Origin: an uncultured Gammaproteobacteria bacterium
Lineage (GTDB): Bacteria > Pseudomonadota > Gammaproteobacteria > UBA6002
Direction of reading: 5' to 3'
NCBI GenBank assembly: GCA_963705725.1
Contig: CAVPKM010000016.1
Span: forward strand, 64,001-128,000
DNA: 64,000 nt
The position numbers were made by a program, and so were the translations under genes. Each line of letters opens with the position of its first letter. Position 1 is the first letter of the stretch. This document shows, in pieces, positions 45,482 to 55,986 of this stretch. The notes under the pieces were generated by a model. That model was not told the DNA's origin. It did not search any database and saw only the letters and a program-made list of their open reading frames with translations.

Positions 45482-46721
45482 AAGCGAATTCTCCTCCAAG
45501 AAAAGCATATCGGACTTGCCCTTTTAAGGGTTTATCAAGGAATGGAGTGTTATCACCAAATTTTTTACAAATATCTTTCGTCAATATCCAGTTTTTTGCT
45601 GGATCAAAAATAATGAAATCAGCCAGTTCATTAATCTTTAGACTGCCTGCGGAAATACCTAATATTTTTGCAGGTCGACAAGTAATATAACTCAATGCTT
45701 CAATCCAAGAGAGATTTTCCTCTTCAGCTAACTTAAGCGTTAAAGGCAGCAATAAGGGCCAGGAGGACATCCCAGGTGCGGAATCTTGAAACGGGTGCAT
45801 TTTTTTATCTCTTGATACCATAAGATGATTACTGCTGATCGCATTAATCATGTTACTTTTAAGTGCATCTCTTAAATATATTTTGTCATCCTCTGTTCTA
45901 AGCGGGGGGATGACGTGATACATGCCATTGGTTAGTTCCACTTGTTGTTCAGTAAAAAACAAATGTGAAATTGCTACGTCGCAGGATATCGGCAAAGGGA
46001 AGTTGATATTTTTTTCTAGTAATTTTATTGACTTTTCGCTTGAAATGGCATGAAAATGAGCATCAATCCCCACCTCTTCCAGTAATACCAACTCTGTTGC
46101 GAGTGCAAATGTTTCAGCAAGTGTAGGAATGCCGGGCAGTCCGAGTTTGAAACTGACCTCGCCTTGATGCATGCAACCATTTTTACTCAGCGCAGGATCT
46201 TGAGGGCAAAGATATAATTTAGCGCCAAACATGGATAGGTAATCATAACAGTGTTTTTTAATTAACGTATTTTCGAAAGAAGAATAGCCATTTGAAAAGC
46301 CGATACAACCGGCTTGCTGGTGCAAGGCAAGTTCATTCAAGAGCTGCCCTTCTTGTTTTTGTGTAAGAGTTGCAATCAAGTAAGCGCGAGTATAACCAGG
46401 TAATTTCTGACTAAGATAACGAATTTCTGATAGAGATAGTTGAGAGGTAAGGGTTGCTACATGCGTAATGCCAACACTGGGTGCCGCTTTTAATTGTGCG
46501 GATAATTGCTCAAGGTTTAAAGACGAGAGATCAGCGTAAAGGTCAACAATGCCAGGGCAAGCAGCCAAACCGCCTGCATCAATAATTTTATCCGGAATAA
46601 AATCAGCCAAAGGTTTGGGTTGAATGGCTACAATCTTGCCATCTGCTATATAGATATTTGCAATTTGATCAAATTTTGTTTCGGGATTGATTACCCGAGC
46701 ACCTAGAATGGCTATTTTCAC
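45468..46721 (-). CDS. Dihydroorotase-like protein (PyrC'), probably catalytically inactive
   Basis: DHOase fold (PGIVD, PPLR, NTPF) next to pyrB, but HxH is replaced by YAD and the catalytic Asp by Asn (SSNH). Confidence 0.85.
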   Translation of the reverse strand: MKIAILGARVINPETKFDQIANIYIADGKIVAIQPKPLADFIPDKIIDAGGLAACPGIVDLYADLSSLNLEQLSAQLKAAPSVGITHVATLTSQLSLSEIRYLSQKLPGYTRAYLIATLTQKQEGQLLNELALHQQAGCIGFSNGYSSFENTLIKKHCYDYLSMFGAKLYLCPQDPALSKNGCMHQGEVSFKLGLPGIPTLAETFALATELVLLEEVGIDAHFHAISSEKSIKLLEKNINFPLPISCDVAISHLFFTEQQVELTNGMYHVIPPLRTEDDKIYLRDALKSNMINAISSNHLMVSRDKKMHPFQDSAPGMSSWPLLLPLTLKLAEEENLSWIEALSYITCRPAKILGISAGSLKINELADFIIFDPAKNWILTKDICKKFGDNTPFLDKPLKGQVRYAFLGGEFAYEQR

Positions 46722-47641
46722 CTTGTCTCCTTTGGGTTCAAAAGTGAAGTCATGGCGGCCATTCTAATGGCAACACCAAATGAGACTTGAGAAAGTATGA
46801 CTGATCTGGGTCCATCGGCCACTTCAGAACTGATTTCTATCTCTCGATTGAGCGGACCGGGATGCATAATAATGACGTCTTTTTTTGCGCAATGCAGTTT
46901 TGTTTCGGTTAAGCCGTAAAGCGTAGAGTATTCTCGTTCATTGGGAAGATAAACGCCAGCCATGCGTTCTTTCTGTAAACGCAAGCTAACAATGACGTCA
47001 GCATCCTGAATCCCTTCTTCAAGGCAATAGCTAAGGTTAACACCAAGTGAAGCGGTGTTTTTGGGGATTAATGTCCTTGGGCCTACAACCGTTATTTCGC
47101 TTACGCCAAGATTTTTTAATCCAAAAATTAAAGATCTTGCGACCCTTGAATGCAAAATATCGCCGACGATGGCCACTTTAATATTAGGAAAATTCTTTTT
47201 GTAATAGCGGATGGTAAAAATATCTAATAAGCCTTGCGTTGGATGTTCATGGCAACCATCACCTGCATTAATAATTGAAGCATCGAACTGAATAGACTTG
47301 GCTAGAAATTCCGCTGCGCCGCTCCTCGGACTTCGAATAATAAGCAAGTCGATATTCATCGAAAAAAGGTTGTTGACCGTATCCAGTAGGCTTTCACCTT
47401 TTTTGGCTGAAGAGCTAGCAACCGGAATATTGATGACTTCTGCACCTAATCGCTTAGCCGCAATTTCAAAGCTGCTTCGAGTACGAGTGCTGTTTTCAAA
47501 AAATAAATTCACTACAACTTTGTTAGTTAATGTATTTTTGATTTTCTCGATTTCAGTCACGCGATGAAAATATTCTGCAAGCTGCAAGATATCAAGAATT
47601 TGCTCTGAAGATAATTCCGCTAGTCCAAGTAAATGTTTCAT
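46718..47641 (-). CDS. pyrB: Aspartate carbamoyltransferase catalytic subunit
   Basis: FFENSTRT, HPTQGLLD, GDILHSRV, MHPGP. Confidence 0.97.
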   Translation of the reverse strand: MKHLLGLAELSSEQILDILQLAEYFHRVTEIEKIKNTLTNKVVVNLFFENSTRTRSSFEIAAKRLGAEVINIPVASSSAKKGESLLDTVNNLFSMNIDLLIIRSPRSGAAEFLAKSIQFDASIINAGDGCHEHPTQGLLDIFTIRYYKKNFPNIKVAIVGDILHSRVARSLIFGLKNLGVSEITVVGPRTLIPKNTASLGVNLSYCLEEGIQDADVIVSLRLQKERMAGVYLPNEREYSTLYGLTETKLHCAKKDVIIMHPGPLNREIEISSEVADGPRSVILSQVSFGVAIRMAAMTSLLNPKETR

Positions 47642-47649
47642 TTAACCCA

Positions 47650-48060
47650 TTAACCCTTTCTCATCCAGTCCTCAAGTATCAATTTAGCAGCAAAACAATC
47701 GATTGAAATCTTGCTCAAAGCCTTATACCCGCCTAAATCAAAAAGCTGTTGCCTTGCTTCTACTGTTGTTAATCGCTCATCTACTTCATAAATAGGAAGT
47801 TCGAAACGATTTCTTAGCTCATTGGCAAATTTTTTTGCTTTTTTTGTGATTGGCTGCGAGGTGGCGTCCATATTGAGCGGGATGCCTATTATTATTCCTT
47901 CAGGCTGCCATTTTGCAATCAACAAAGCGATTGTTTCCCAGCTTGGAACGCCCCATTTAGCAGGTATCGGTGTGAGTGGATTGGCGCTTAGCGTAACCGA
48001 TTGCCCAACTGCTACACCTATCTTCTTGGTTCCAAAATCAAAGCTTAAAAAGTTAGCCAT
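47650..48060 (-). CDS. yqgF: YqgF/RuvX pre-16S rRNA nuclease
   Basis: FDFGTKKIGVA, G.P, DERLTT, ID..AA..IL. Confidence 0.93.
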   Translation of the reverse strand: MANFLSFDFGTKKIGVAVGQSVTLSANPLTPIPAKWGVPSWETIALLIAKWQPEGIIIGIPLNMDATSQPITKKAKKFANELRNRFELPIYEVDERLTTVEARQQLFDLGGYKALSKISIDCFAAKLILEDWMRKG

Positions 48061-48613
48061 GCCCAACATCTGTAGATAGACGATCGAGGTCTATTCCCAT
48101 CAGCTTTGCAGAAGCGCGCCATCGTTCTTGAAAAGGTATTTTAAATAAAATGTCTAGATCAACATCTGCAGAAAGCCAGGCATTATCAGCGAATTCTTGT
48201 TCTAGTTGACCTTCTTTCCAAGTGGAATAACCTAGGCATACCAAAAGGTTTTCTGGATGATGCTGGACAATATTTTGTAACACCTCTTTTGAAGCAGAGA
48301 CAGTAATTTTGTGTTCTTCATCAATCACATCGCCAGGACATAGTTCTGGGTGGGTATGCACAATAAACCCTTGTTCCGAAGCAACCGGCCCGCCCAGCAT
48401 CACCTGATTTTTATCAATAGATGTGTTTGTGAGGGGAATGTTTAGATGTTCTAAGATTTCACCAATAGTAATATCAAGAGGCTTATTGATTATCAATCCG
48501 CTCGCCCCTTTTTCACTATGCTCAAACAACAGGGTAACCGTCTGCTGAAAATAGGGATCATTTAAAGTCGGCATTGCTATCAAAAGACGATTTTTAAAAG
48601 TTTGTACTGACAT
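48053..48613 (-). CDS. yqgE: YqgE/AlgH family protein
   Basis: LIAMP, DPYF, GGPV, GYSTW..GQLEQE. Confidence 0.93.
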   Translation of the reverse strand: MSVQTFKNRLLIAMPTLNDPYFQQTVTLLFEHSEKGASGLIINKPLDITIGEILEHLNIPLTNTSIDKNQVMLGGPVASEQGFIVHTHPELCPGDVIDEEHKITVSASKEVLQNIVQHHPENLLVCLGYSTWKEGQLEQEFADNAWLSADVDLDILFKIPFQERWRASAKLMGIDLDRLSTDVGHG

Positions 48614-48719
48614 ATTCTCTTTCTCATTGAATGATCAAGCGTTTCCGAATGTTATACCATAGTGTGCCAATTTCTGTAATAATCAGTGCATAATTTTAGT
48701 TAACCCTGGAGAGTTCTTC

Positions 48720-50273
48720 ATGAATGACACCATTGCTATTTCTCAACATATTGATTTATCCGCATCGGAATTAATCACTAAAGCTCTTGAAAGAGAGGAA
48801 GGGGTGTTAAGCGCAAATGAAGCACTGACCGTTAACACCGGAAAAAGAACGGGGCGTTCTCCTAAAGATCGATTTATTGTTAAAGATGAACAAACAGCAG
48901 AAACTGTTGACTGGAATGCGATTAATCAACCTTTTGATTCAAAAGATTTTGATTCACTTTGGCAAAAGGCAAAGGATTTTTTAGAAAATAATGAATTTTT
49001 TATTTCTCATCTATGGGTGGGTGCTGAACCTCAATATGCTCTTCCAGTTAAGGTGATGACAGAGCTAGCTTGGCATAATCTTTTTGGACAAAACCTTTTC
49101 ATTAAAGAGTCGATGGGTGAATGGTCAAAAGACAAGGCCTGGACTATTATAAATGTTCCTTCATTTAGCGCGGATCCAAGTTGCGATCATACTCATAGTG
49201 ATGCCGCGGTCATTCTCGATATGACCAAACGCAAAGTGTTAATTTGTGGAACACTTTATGCGGGTGAAATGAAAAAAGCGATGTTTTCTGTATTAAATTA
49301 CCTCCTGCCAGCACAGAATGTATTGCCTATGCATTGTGCCGCCAATAAAGGACCCAATGGTGATGTTGCTTTATTTTTTGGCCTGTCAGGAACGGGGAAA
49401 ACCACACTTTCAGCAGATGCAGAGCGATTTTTAATCGGCGATGATGAGCATGGTTGGAGCGGCAGTGGGGTGTTTAACTTTGAAGGAGGCTGCTATGCAA
49501 AATGTATTAATCTTTCAGAGCAAAACGAACCTGTTATTTGGAATGCAATTTCTTATGGCACCATCATGGAAAATGTGGTGCTTCATCCAGAGACCGGCGA
49601 GCCGCTTTATGATGATGATCGTCTTACTCAAAATACTCGGGCAGCCTATCCTCGTGAGTTTATTGCAAAACGTGTATTAGAAAATAAAGCTGGCGAGCCA
49701 AAAGCTGTTATCTTTTTAACTTGCGATCTTTATGGCATTTTCCCCCCCTGTGTCCTTGCTTAGCAAGGAGCAGGCTGCCTATCATTTTTTGAGTGGCTAT
49801 ACCGCTCACATAGGCAGCACGGAAGTAGGAGGTAGCAAGGGAATTGCCCCCACTTTTAGCACTTGCTTTGGTGCGCCTTTTTTCCCAAGACCGCCACAAG
49901 TCTATGCGAATCTCTTGATGCAAAGAATTGAAGAAACAAATTGCCAATTTATTTTGGTCAATACAGGATGGACGGGAGGCGCTTTCGGTAAGGGTGGAGA
50001 AAGATTCTCTCTATTCCCACTACTCGTGCAATTATTAGAGCCATTCTTCTTGATGGAATTAAAAATACTGAAACGACGGTATTGCCCGGATTTCATTTTA
50101 GCATTCCTAAGTCGATTCCTGGCGTTGATAAGTTATTAAACCCCCAAGCTACTTGGTCAAATCTTGATCACTTTGAAGCCGAAAAGCGGACTTTGATCGC
50201 GAAATTTATTGAAAATTTCAAAAAATTCAATGTTAGTCAAAATATTATCGATGCCGGACCCACGCTAGATTAG
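48720..50273 (+). pseudogene. pckA: ATP-dependent PEP carboxykinase interrupted by two frameshifts (pseudogene or sequence error)
   Basis: [22 protein letters not shown] and NTR in frame 1; continues in frame 2 (HFLSGYT, FSTCFG.PF, NTGWTGG) after the C7 run at 49742-49748; returns to frame 1 after an extra CT at 50006-50012. Confidence 0.9.
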
Positions 50274-50283
50274 GAAACCTAAT

Positions 50284-51111
50284 ATGAACAAACCGACAAT
50301 CACCTTCCTGGGTGCAGGAAATATGGCGAGTAGCTTAATTGTTGGGCTTGTTTCCGATCATTATCCTTGTGATAAAATTATTGCTACCAACTCCTCCAGT
50401 CCAGAAAAATTAAATAATTTGAAAGAATGTTTTAATGTTCGAGTAACTGCAAGTAATGTCGAAGGTGCTGAACAGGGTGAGATATGGGTGCTTGCTGTCA
50501 AACCTACTGCTGTCAAGCAGGTAATAGAAGAAATCAAGCCCTTACTGGAAGTTAAAAAACCGCTAATTATTTCCGTGGTAACAGGCATTCGTTCAAGCAC
50601 GATAAGCAAGTGGGCTGGGGTTTCTGCTTTATCTATTGTGCGCAGCATGCCGAACACCCCTGCGCTACTGGGGTGTGGAATAACTGGATTATGGAAAAAT
50701 CATTTTGTTAGCGACGAGGAAGCTCGAATTGCTGAATCAATTTTGCGCGCGGTAGGAATTACGCTATGGGTAGAAAATGAACAAAATTTAGATGCCATTA
50801 CCGCAATTTCTGGTTCTGGGCCTGCTTATTTCTTTTTAATTATGGAAACTATTATCGATTGGGCATGTAAAATGGGTTTTAGCAAGGAGCAAGCGGAGCT
50901 ATTAACCATTCACACGGCTTTGGGCGCATCTCGAATGGCTCTAGAAAGTGACAAAGACCTAAAAATTTTACGAGAACAAGTGACTTCTCCTGGAGGAACA
51001 ACCGAACGAGCAATTAGCGTGCTCGAATCAGGTCAAATTAGAAATTTACTTGATAAAGCATTGCAGGCTGCAAGAGAACGAGCAATTGAAATGTCTCAAA
51101 TATTGGAATAA
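50284..51111 (+). CDS. proC: Pyrroline-5-carboxylate reductase
   Basis: GAGNMA, AVKP, RSMPNTP, SGSGPAY, VTSPGGTT. Confidence 0.96.
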   Translation: MNKPTITFLGAGNMASSLIVGLVSDHYPCDKIIATNSSSPEKLNNLKECFNVRVTASNVEGAEQGEIWVLAVKPTAVKQVIEEIKPLLEVKKPLIISVVTGIRSSTISKWAGVSALSIVRSMPNTPALLGCGITGLWKNHFVSDEEARIAESILRAVGITLWVENEQNLDAITAISGSGPAYFFLIMETIIDWACKMGFSKEQAELLTIHTALGASRMALESDKDLKILREQVTSPGGTTERAISVLESGQIRNLLDKALQAARERAIEMSQILE

Positions 51112-51113
51112 TA

Positions 51114-51695
51114 ATGATAAATTTTCTTAGTACATTGATGCAATATATTGTTTCTGTTTGCTTTGATTTGATTATTTTCATTGTTTTGTTTTTCTTTCTT
51201 ATTGAACTCTCAAAAACTCATGTTCATCATCCAATCCGCCAAGCTATTTTACGGTATATGGGACCGCTGATCGATCCTATTCATAAGGCGTTCCCTGTCT
51301 ACCGAGACATTGATACGGGCTTGTTATTTTTGTTGTTTGTGTTTGAAATAATCAAATTATCACTAATGTTTATTCTTGTGGGGCAGTTTCCTATCATTAC
51401 CTTGCTTTTCTTTTGGAGCATCCTCATAGTGATTAATGCGTTTCTCAATTTTTGTCTGCTTTTGATGTTGTTTAGACTGATAATCAGCTGGATGTTGCCA
51501 ATTTATTCCAACCATCCCGCGGTGCAATTATTATTTATATTATCAGAACCCATCCTCAAGCCTATTCGTCACCTTTTTCCAACAATCAAAGGTTTTGACT
51601 GGACTCCGCTTGCAGTCATTATTGTATTAAAAATTCTGTCCTCATTAATTGTTTTCATTTTAATGCAATTAGGTGCCCCTGCCTTCATTCTTTAA
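51114..51695 (+). CDS. yggT: YggT family membrane protein
   Basis: Two YGGT-type repeats (EPILKPIR..P...FDWTPL); follows proC. Confidence 0.82.
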   Translation: MINFLSTLMQYIVSVCFDLIIFIVLFFFLIELSKTHVHHPIRQAILRYMGPLIDPIHKAFPVYRDIDTGLLFLLFVFEIIKLSLMFILVGQFPIITLLFFWSILIVINAFLNFCLLLMLFRLIISWMLPIYSNHPAVQLLFILSEPILKPIRHLFPTIKGFDWTPLAVIIVLKILSSLIVFILMQLGAPAFIL

Positions 51696-51700
51696 TAAGT

Positions 51701-51732
51701 GTGATCTTTTCAAGCTTCCGCTGAATAGTTTT
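51701..51732. repeat. Repeat family A mini copy
   Basis: GTGATCTTTTCAAGC-TTCC-GCTGAATAGTTTT: two TIR-like arms. Confidence 0.65.
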
Positions 51733-51835
51733 CATTCACAAGGGCGCGCCTATTGACTTTTTATGTTCACCACCTATGCTTAGTCAATTTAACGAATGTA
51801 TAGAATAGTATATGTTTAATTTTGGAGGAGTTTTA

Positions 51836-52162
51836 ATGTCAGAAAACGCAATCGCAATCACCGATAGCAGTTTTGAAAAAGAAGTATTGCAGTCACAACT
51901 TCCAGTACTTGTAGATTTTTGGGCAGAATGGTGTGGTCCCTGCAAAATGATCGCCCCTATATTAGAAGAAATTGCAAAGGAACGAAAAAACCAACTCGTT
52001 GTTGCCAAAATAAATATTGATGAAAATGCAGAAACGCCTGTCAAATATGGTGTGCTTGGTATCCCTACTTTAATTTTGTTTAAGCAAGGCAAAGTTGAAG
52101 CAACAAAGGTAGGCGCATTAACTAAAACACAACTCAGCGCCTTTATCGAAGAAAATATATAA
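51836..52162 (+). CDS. trxA: Thioredoxin 1
   Basis: [15 protein letters not shown]; GGAGG RBS before ATG 51836; upstream of rho. Confidence 0.97.
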   Translation: MSENAIAITDSSFEKEVLQSQLPVLVDFWAEWCGPCKMIAPILEEIAKERKNQLVVAKINIDENAETPVKYGVLGIPTLILFKQGKVEATKVGALTKTQLSAFIEENI

Positions 52163-52169
52163 CCTGTTT

Positions 52170-52230
52170 ATCTACCCTTTGCGAGTGGATTGTAGACTAG
52201 ATGCAAGAGATTCTTTCACAAAGGGTATAT
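52170..52230. repeat. Repeat family B, best copy (61 bp, 15-bp TIRs)
   Basis: ATCTACCCTTTGCGA ... TCACAAAGGGTATAT inverted pair (13/15). Confidence 0.75.
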
Positions 52231-52231
52231 A

Positions 52232-52260
52232 TTGCAAAATGCTGACAAAGGATCTATGAT
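52232..52260 (+). promoter_or_regulatory. Putative sigma70 promoter of rho
   Basis: TTGCAA-17 bp-TATGAT followed by a ~100-nt pyrimidine-rich leader. Confidence 0.5.
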
Positions 52261-52368
52261 TGGCTAGTCTTCATTTATCACGTCCGGCGAGCTTCCTGAT
52301 TATGGTTTCTTCCAGAGCTTACATCTCTGAGTAAGGTCTTTATAATTCCAACCTAAAGTAACTAAACT

Positions 52369-53625
52369 ATGCATATAAATGAACTAAAGAAAAAATCTGC
52401 CTCAGAACTGATGGTGATGATTAAAGAGCTAAATATCGACAATATGGCAAGGGCGACGAATTCCGCCATGATCGTCGCGATTATGAGCGAGCATGCCAAG
52501 AGGAATATGGATATTTATGGCGACGGTGTACTTGAAATTTTACCTGATGGCTATGGATTTTTACGTTCTCCTGAAAGTTCCTTTATGCCAGCGCCTGACG
52601 ATATCTATGTTTCGCCGAGTCAAATAAGAAAATTTGGTCTACGTACTGGCGATATGGTATCTGGAAAAATAAGACCTCCCAAAGAAGGCGAGCGCTATTT
52701 CGCATTGTTACAGGTAAAAGACATTAATTTTGACACGCCTGATAAGGCCAAAGATAAAATTCTTTTTGAAAATCTCACCCCCTTATTTCCGAATGAACGA
52801 ATTGTCATGCAAAGAGCAGATGGCAGCACGGAAGATCTTACCGCTCGTTTTATTGATCTTGTTGCTCCAATTGGTAAGGGTCAGCGCGGCTTAATTGTTT
52901 CGCCTCCGAAAGCCGGAAAAACCATGATACTGCAGAATATTGCACAATCAATTGCTAAAAATCATCCGGAATGCTATCTGATTGTGCTACTTATTGATGA
53001 GCGACCGGAAGAAGTGACCGAAATGGCACGCTCGGTCAAAGGAGAAGTCATTGCGAGTACCTTTGATGAACCTGCCACTCGTCATGTACAAGTAGCGGAA
53101 ATGGTAATTGAAAAAGCTAAGCGGTTAGTAGAGCATAAGCATGACGTTGTCATTTTGCTTGATTCTATCACCAGGCTTGCACGTGCTTATAACACAGTGA
53201 TTCCTGCCTCAGGTAAGGTACTGACAGGGGGAGTTGATGCAAATGCCCTTCAAAGGCCTAAGCGATTTTTTGGTGCAGCTAGAAATGTCGAAGGTGGTGG
53301 CAGTTTAACGATTTTGGCTACTGCGCTGATTGATACGGGTTCTAAAATGGACGATGTTATCTATGAAGAATTTAAAGGCACAGGTAACAACGAGTTGCAT
53401 TTATTGCGAGAAGCTGCTGAAAAACGTATTTTCCCTGCCATTGATATTAATCGTTCAGGTACAAGACGTGAAGAATTAATCACCACGCTGGATGAATTAC
53501 AAAAAATGCGCATTCTTCGAAAATTATTACATTCCATGGATAAAGTGCAAGCCATTGATTTCTTGCGTGATCGCATGAAAAATCGAAAGACAAATGAAGA
53601 ATTTTTTGAAGATATGAAACGTTAA
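52369..53625 (+). CDS. rho: Transcription termination factor Rho
   Basis: [40 protein letters not shown]. Confidence 0.98.
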   Translation: MHINELKKKSASELMVMIKELNIDNMARATNSAMIVAIMSEHAKRNMDIYGDGVLEILPDGYGFLRSPESSFMPAPDDIYVSPSQIRKFGLRTGDMVSGKIRPPKEGERYFALLQVKDINFDTPDKAKDKILFENLTPLFPNERIVMQRADGSTEDLTARFIDLVAPIGKGQRGLIVSPPKAGKTMILQNIAQSIAKNHPECYLIVLLIDERPEEVTEMARSVKGEVIASTFDEPATRHVQVAEMVIEKAKRLVEHKHDVVILLDSITRLARAYNTVIPASGKVLTGGVDANALQRPKRFFGAARNVEGGGSLTILATALIDTGSKMDDVIYEEFKGTGNNELHLLREAAEKRIFPAIDINRSGTRREELITTLDELQKMRILRKLLHSMDKVQAIDFLRDRMKNRKTNEEFFEDMKR

Positions 53626-53643
53626 GGCCTGTCAGTTAAAGGC

Positions 53644-55107
53644 ATGCATTATGAAGATTTGCGTGATTTTTTAAAGATTTTGGCAGAACGTCAAGAGTTG
53701 AAGAAAATTCATCTTGAAATAGATCCCAAGTTTGAAATGACGGAAATTAGTGATCGAGTGCTCAAGCAGCAAGGTCCAGCACTGTTATTTGAAAACCCCA
53801 AAAATCATACTTATCCTGTGCTAACTAATCTGTTTGGCACCACGTCGCGCATTGCGTTGGCAATGGGGCAAAAAACTATTCACGATCTAAGAGAATTAGG
53901 TCAACGCTTAGCCTTTCTTAAAGAACCTGAGCTTCCCCGCGGATTTAAAGATGCCAGGAACAAGCTGCCGATATTGAAGCAAATTCTTAGCTTAAGGCCT
54001 AAGCACTTAAAAAAAGGCATCTGCCAGCAAAATGTGCTTCGTGGTAAAGAAGTAGACCTGGGCCAACTGCCGATACAAACCTGTTGGCCTCTTGATGTTG
54101 CACCATTAATTACTTGGGGATTAGTCGTCACTCAAGATCCTGATGGCAAGCGACAAAATCTTGGAATTTATCGCCAGCAGCTACTCGACCGAAATAAATT
54201 GATTATGCGTTGGCTGGCGCATCGAGGTGGAGCACTTGATTATCAGCGTTGGCAGGCAAAATATCCCGGCGAGCGTTTTCCTATTGTCGTGATAATCGGT
54301 GCAGATCCTGCAACCATGCTTGCTGCGGTAACGCCTATCCCCGACAATTTATCAGAATATGCATTTGCTGGGTTATTAAGAGGACATCGTACTGAATTAG
54401 CCCCTTCGCTACTTCACCCTAATTTGTCTGTTCCCGCGCGCGCAGAAATTGTGCTGGAAGGATATATTGAACCTGATGAGCTTGCTGAAGAAGGGCCTTA
54501 TGGAGACCATACCGGTTATTATAATGAAATCGAAAAATTCCCGGTGTTTACTGTTGAAGCCATCACTTTTAGAGATAATCCTATTTACCAAAGCACCTAT
54601 ACAGGAAGGCCACCCGATGAACCGGCGGTACTAGGCCTTGCGTTGAATGAATTATTTATTCCCTTATTGCAGCGACAATACCCTGAGATCGTGGATTTTT
54701 ATTTGCCTATGGAAGGATGTTCCTATCGTTTTGCCTTGGTCAGCATTAAGAAACAGTACCCCGGACAAGCAAAAAGAGTGATGTTTGGTATTTGGTCTTT
54801 TTTAAAACAGTTTATGTATACCAAATTTATTGTAGTTGTCGATGAGGATATTAACATACGCGATTGGCAGGATGTAATCTGGGCGGTTACCACCCGCATG
54901 GACCCTGCTCGTGATACCATCTTAATTGAAAATACTCCCATTGATTATTTAGATTTTGCTTCTCCAGTCTCTGGTCTAGGCTCAAAAATTGGATTTGATG
55001 CGACAAATAAATGGCGAGGAGAAACAGAACGCGAGTGGGGGCGACCCATTAGAATGAATCAGGAGATAATTACTCGAATCGATAAGCTATGGGCAGAACT
55101 TTTTTAA
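53644..55107 (+). CDS. ubiD: UbiD decarboxylase
   Basis: [40 protein letters not shown]. Confidence 0.96.
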   Translation: MHYEDLRDFLKILAERQELKKIHLEIDPKFEMTEISDRVLKQQGPALLFENPKNHTYPVLTNLFGTTSRIALAMGQKTIHDLRELGQRLAFLKEPELPRGFKDARNKLPILKQILSLRPKHLKKGICQQNVLRGKEVDLGQLPIQTCWPLDVAPLITWGLVVTQDPDGKRQNLGIYRQQLLDRNKLIMRWLAHRGGALDYQRWQAKYPGERFPIVVIIGADPATMLAAVTPIPDNLSEYAFAGLLRGHRTELAPSLLHPNLSVPARAEIVLEGYIEPDELAEEGPYGDHTGYYNEIEKFPVFTVEAITFRDNPIYQSTYTGRPPDEPAVLGLALNELFIPLLQRQYPEIVDFYLPMEGCSYRFALVSIKKQYPGQAKRVMFGIWSFLKQFMYTKFIVVVDEDINIRDWQDVIWAVTTRMDPARDTILIENTPIDYLDFASPVSGLGSKIGFDATNKWRGETEREWGRPIRMNQEIITRIDKLWAELF

Positions 55108-55200
55108 CGAGATACTTGTTGTTTCTAATAACAGAAGGAGAAAAGACAGAAATTTATTAAAATATACTATAATTGAATAGTAAAGAAGAGAGGCGAGCTT

Positions 55201-55980
55201 ATGATTGAAAAAGCGCATAGGCGCCAGCATGACTCGACGCTTGCTGTCGACCTGCAGGTTAGGCTTAAAAATCCTACAGTCTATTCCATTTTACGGCAAC
55301 ACTATCCATCGGAAACGACACAGTTGTTAATGGAATTGCGGGAGCTTGATCATTCGGCCCAAGGTAATAAGGTAGACATTATCCTAGCCCTTATTTCCGA
55401 CTATTCAGAAAAATGTCAACAAAATAAAAAAGTCTCTAACGATTTGATGCAGCATATTTATACATTTCTTGATCCTTTGTTACACGAACTCAATGCTTTA
55501 AATAAAAATATTCATGCTAACCAGGTAACCATTACCTGCGCACTAGATGGTTATACTTTAAATAGAACCTGCCACTTAGTTGAAAAAATCGCATCTTTTA
55601 TTGATAAACACCAACAGCCTCTTGATTTTAAGAGGCAAACCTGGGGTTACCCATCATCCTCAAGCATGTTAAAACCTGCATTCTTATCTTTTAAGACAAA
55701 ACAGGCAGACAAGGCTGAAATTTCAACTGCAAAAACTTTACTTGATTTTTGCATTCAGCTACGTAATGAAATTGGCAGTCCGGAAACAAAACCAAAGGGA
55801 CAAGTTATTAATTTTATGGTTATTTTATGCGATTTAAAACAGTCTCCCACTCTTCCTGCAGAACTTTCCCAGATAATTGAGCACGAAGTGGCGTCACTTT
55901 ATCGATTTTATCCAAAACTTGCAGCAGCAGGAGAAAAGTTACAAAAAGCGATTGCAAATAATCAAATGCAAAAACCATAA
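55201..55980 (+). CDS. Hypothetical helical protein (orphan)
   Basis: 259-aa ORF with GAGAGG RBS and TATAAT upstream; no recognisable family. Confidence 0.7.
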   Translation: MIEKAHRRQHDSTLAVDLQVRLKNPTVYSILRQHYPSETTQLLMELRELDHSAQGNKVDIILALISDYSEKCQQNKKVSNDLMQHIYTFLDPLLHELNALNKNIHANQVTITCALDGYTLNRTCHLVEKIASFIDKHQQPLDFKRQTWGYPSSSSMLKPAFLSFKTKQADKAEISTAKTLLDFCIQLRNEIGSPETKPKGQVINFMVILCDLKQSPTLPAELSQIIEHEVASLYRFYPKLAAAGEKLQKAIANNQMQKP

Positions 55981-55986
55981 TAGCAA

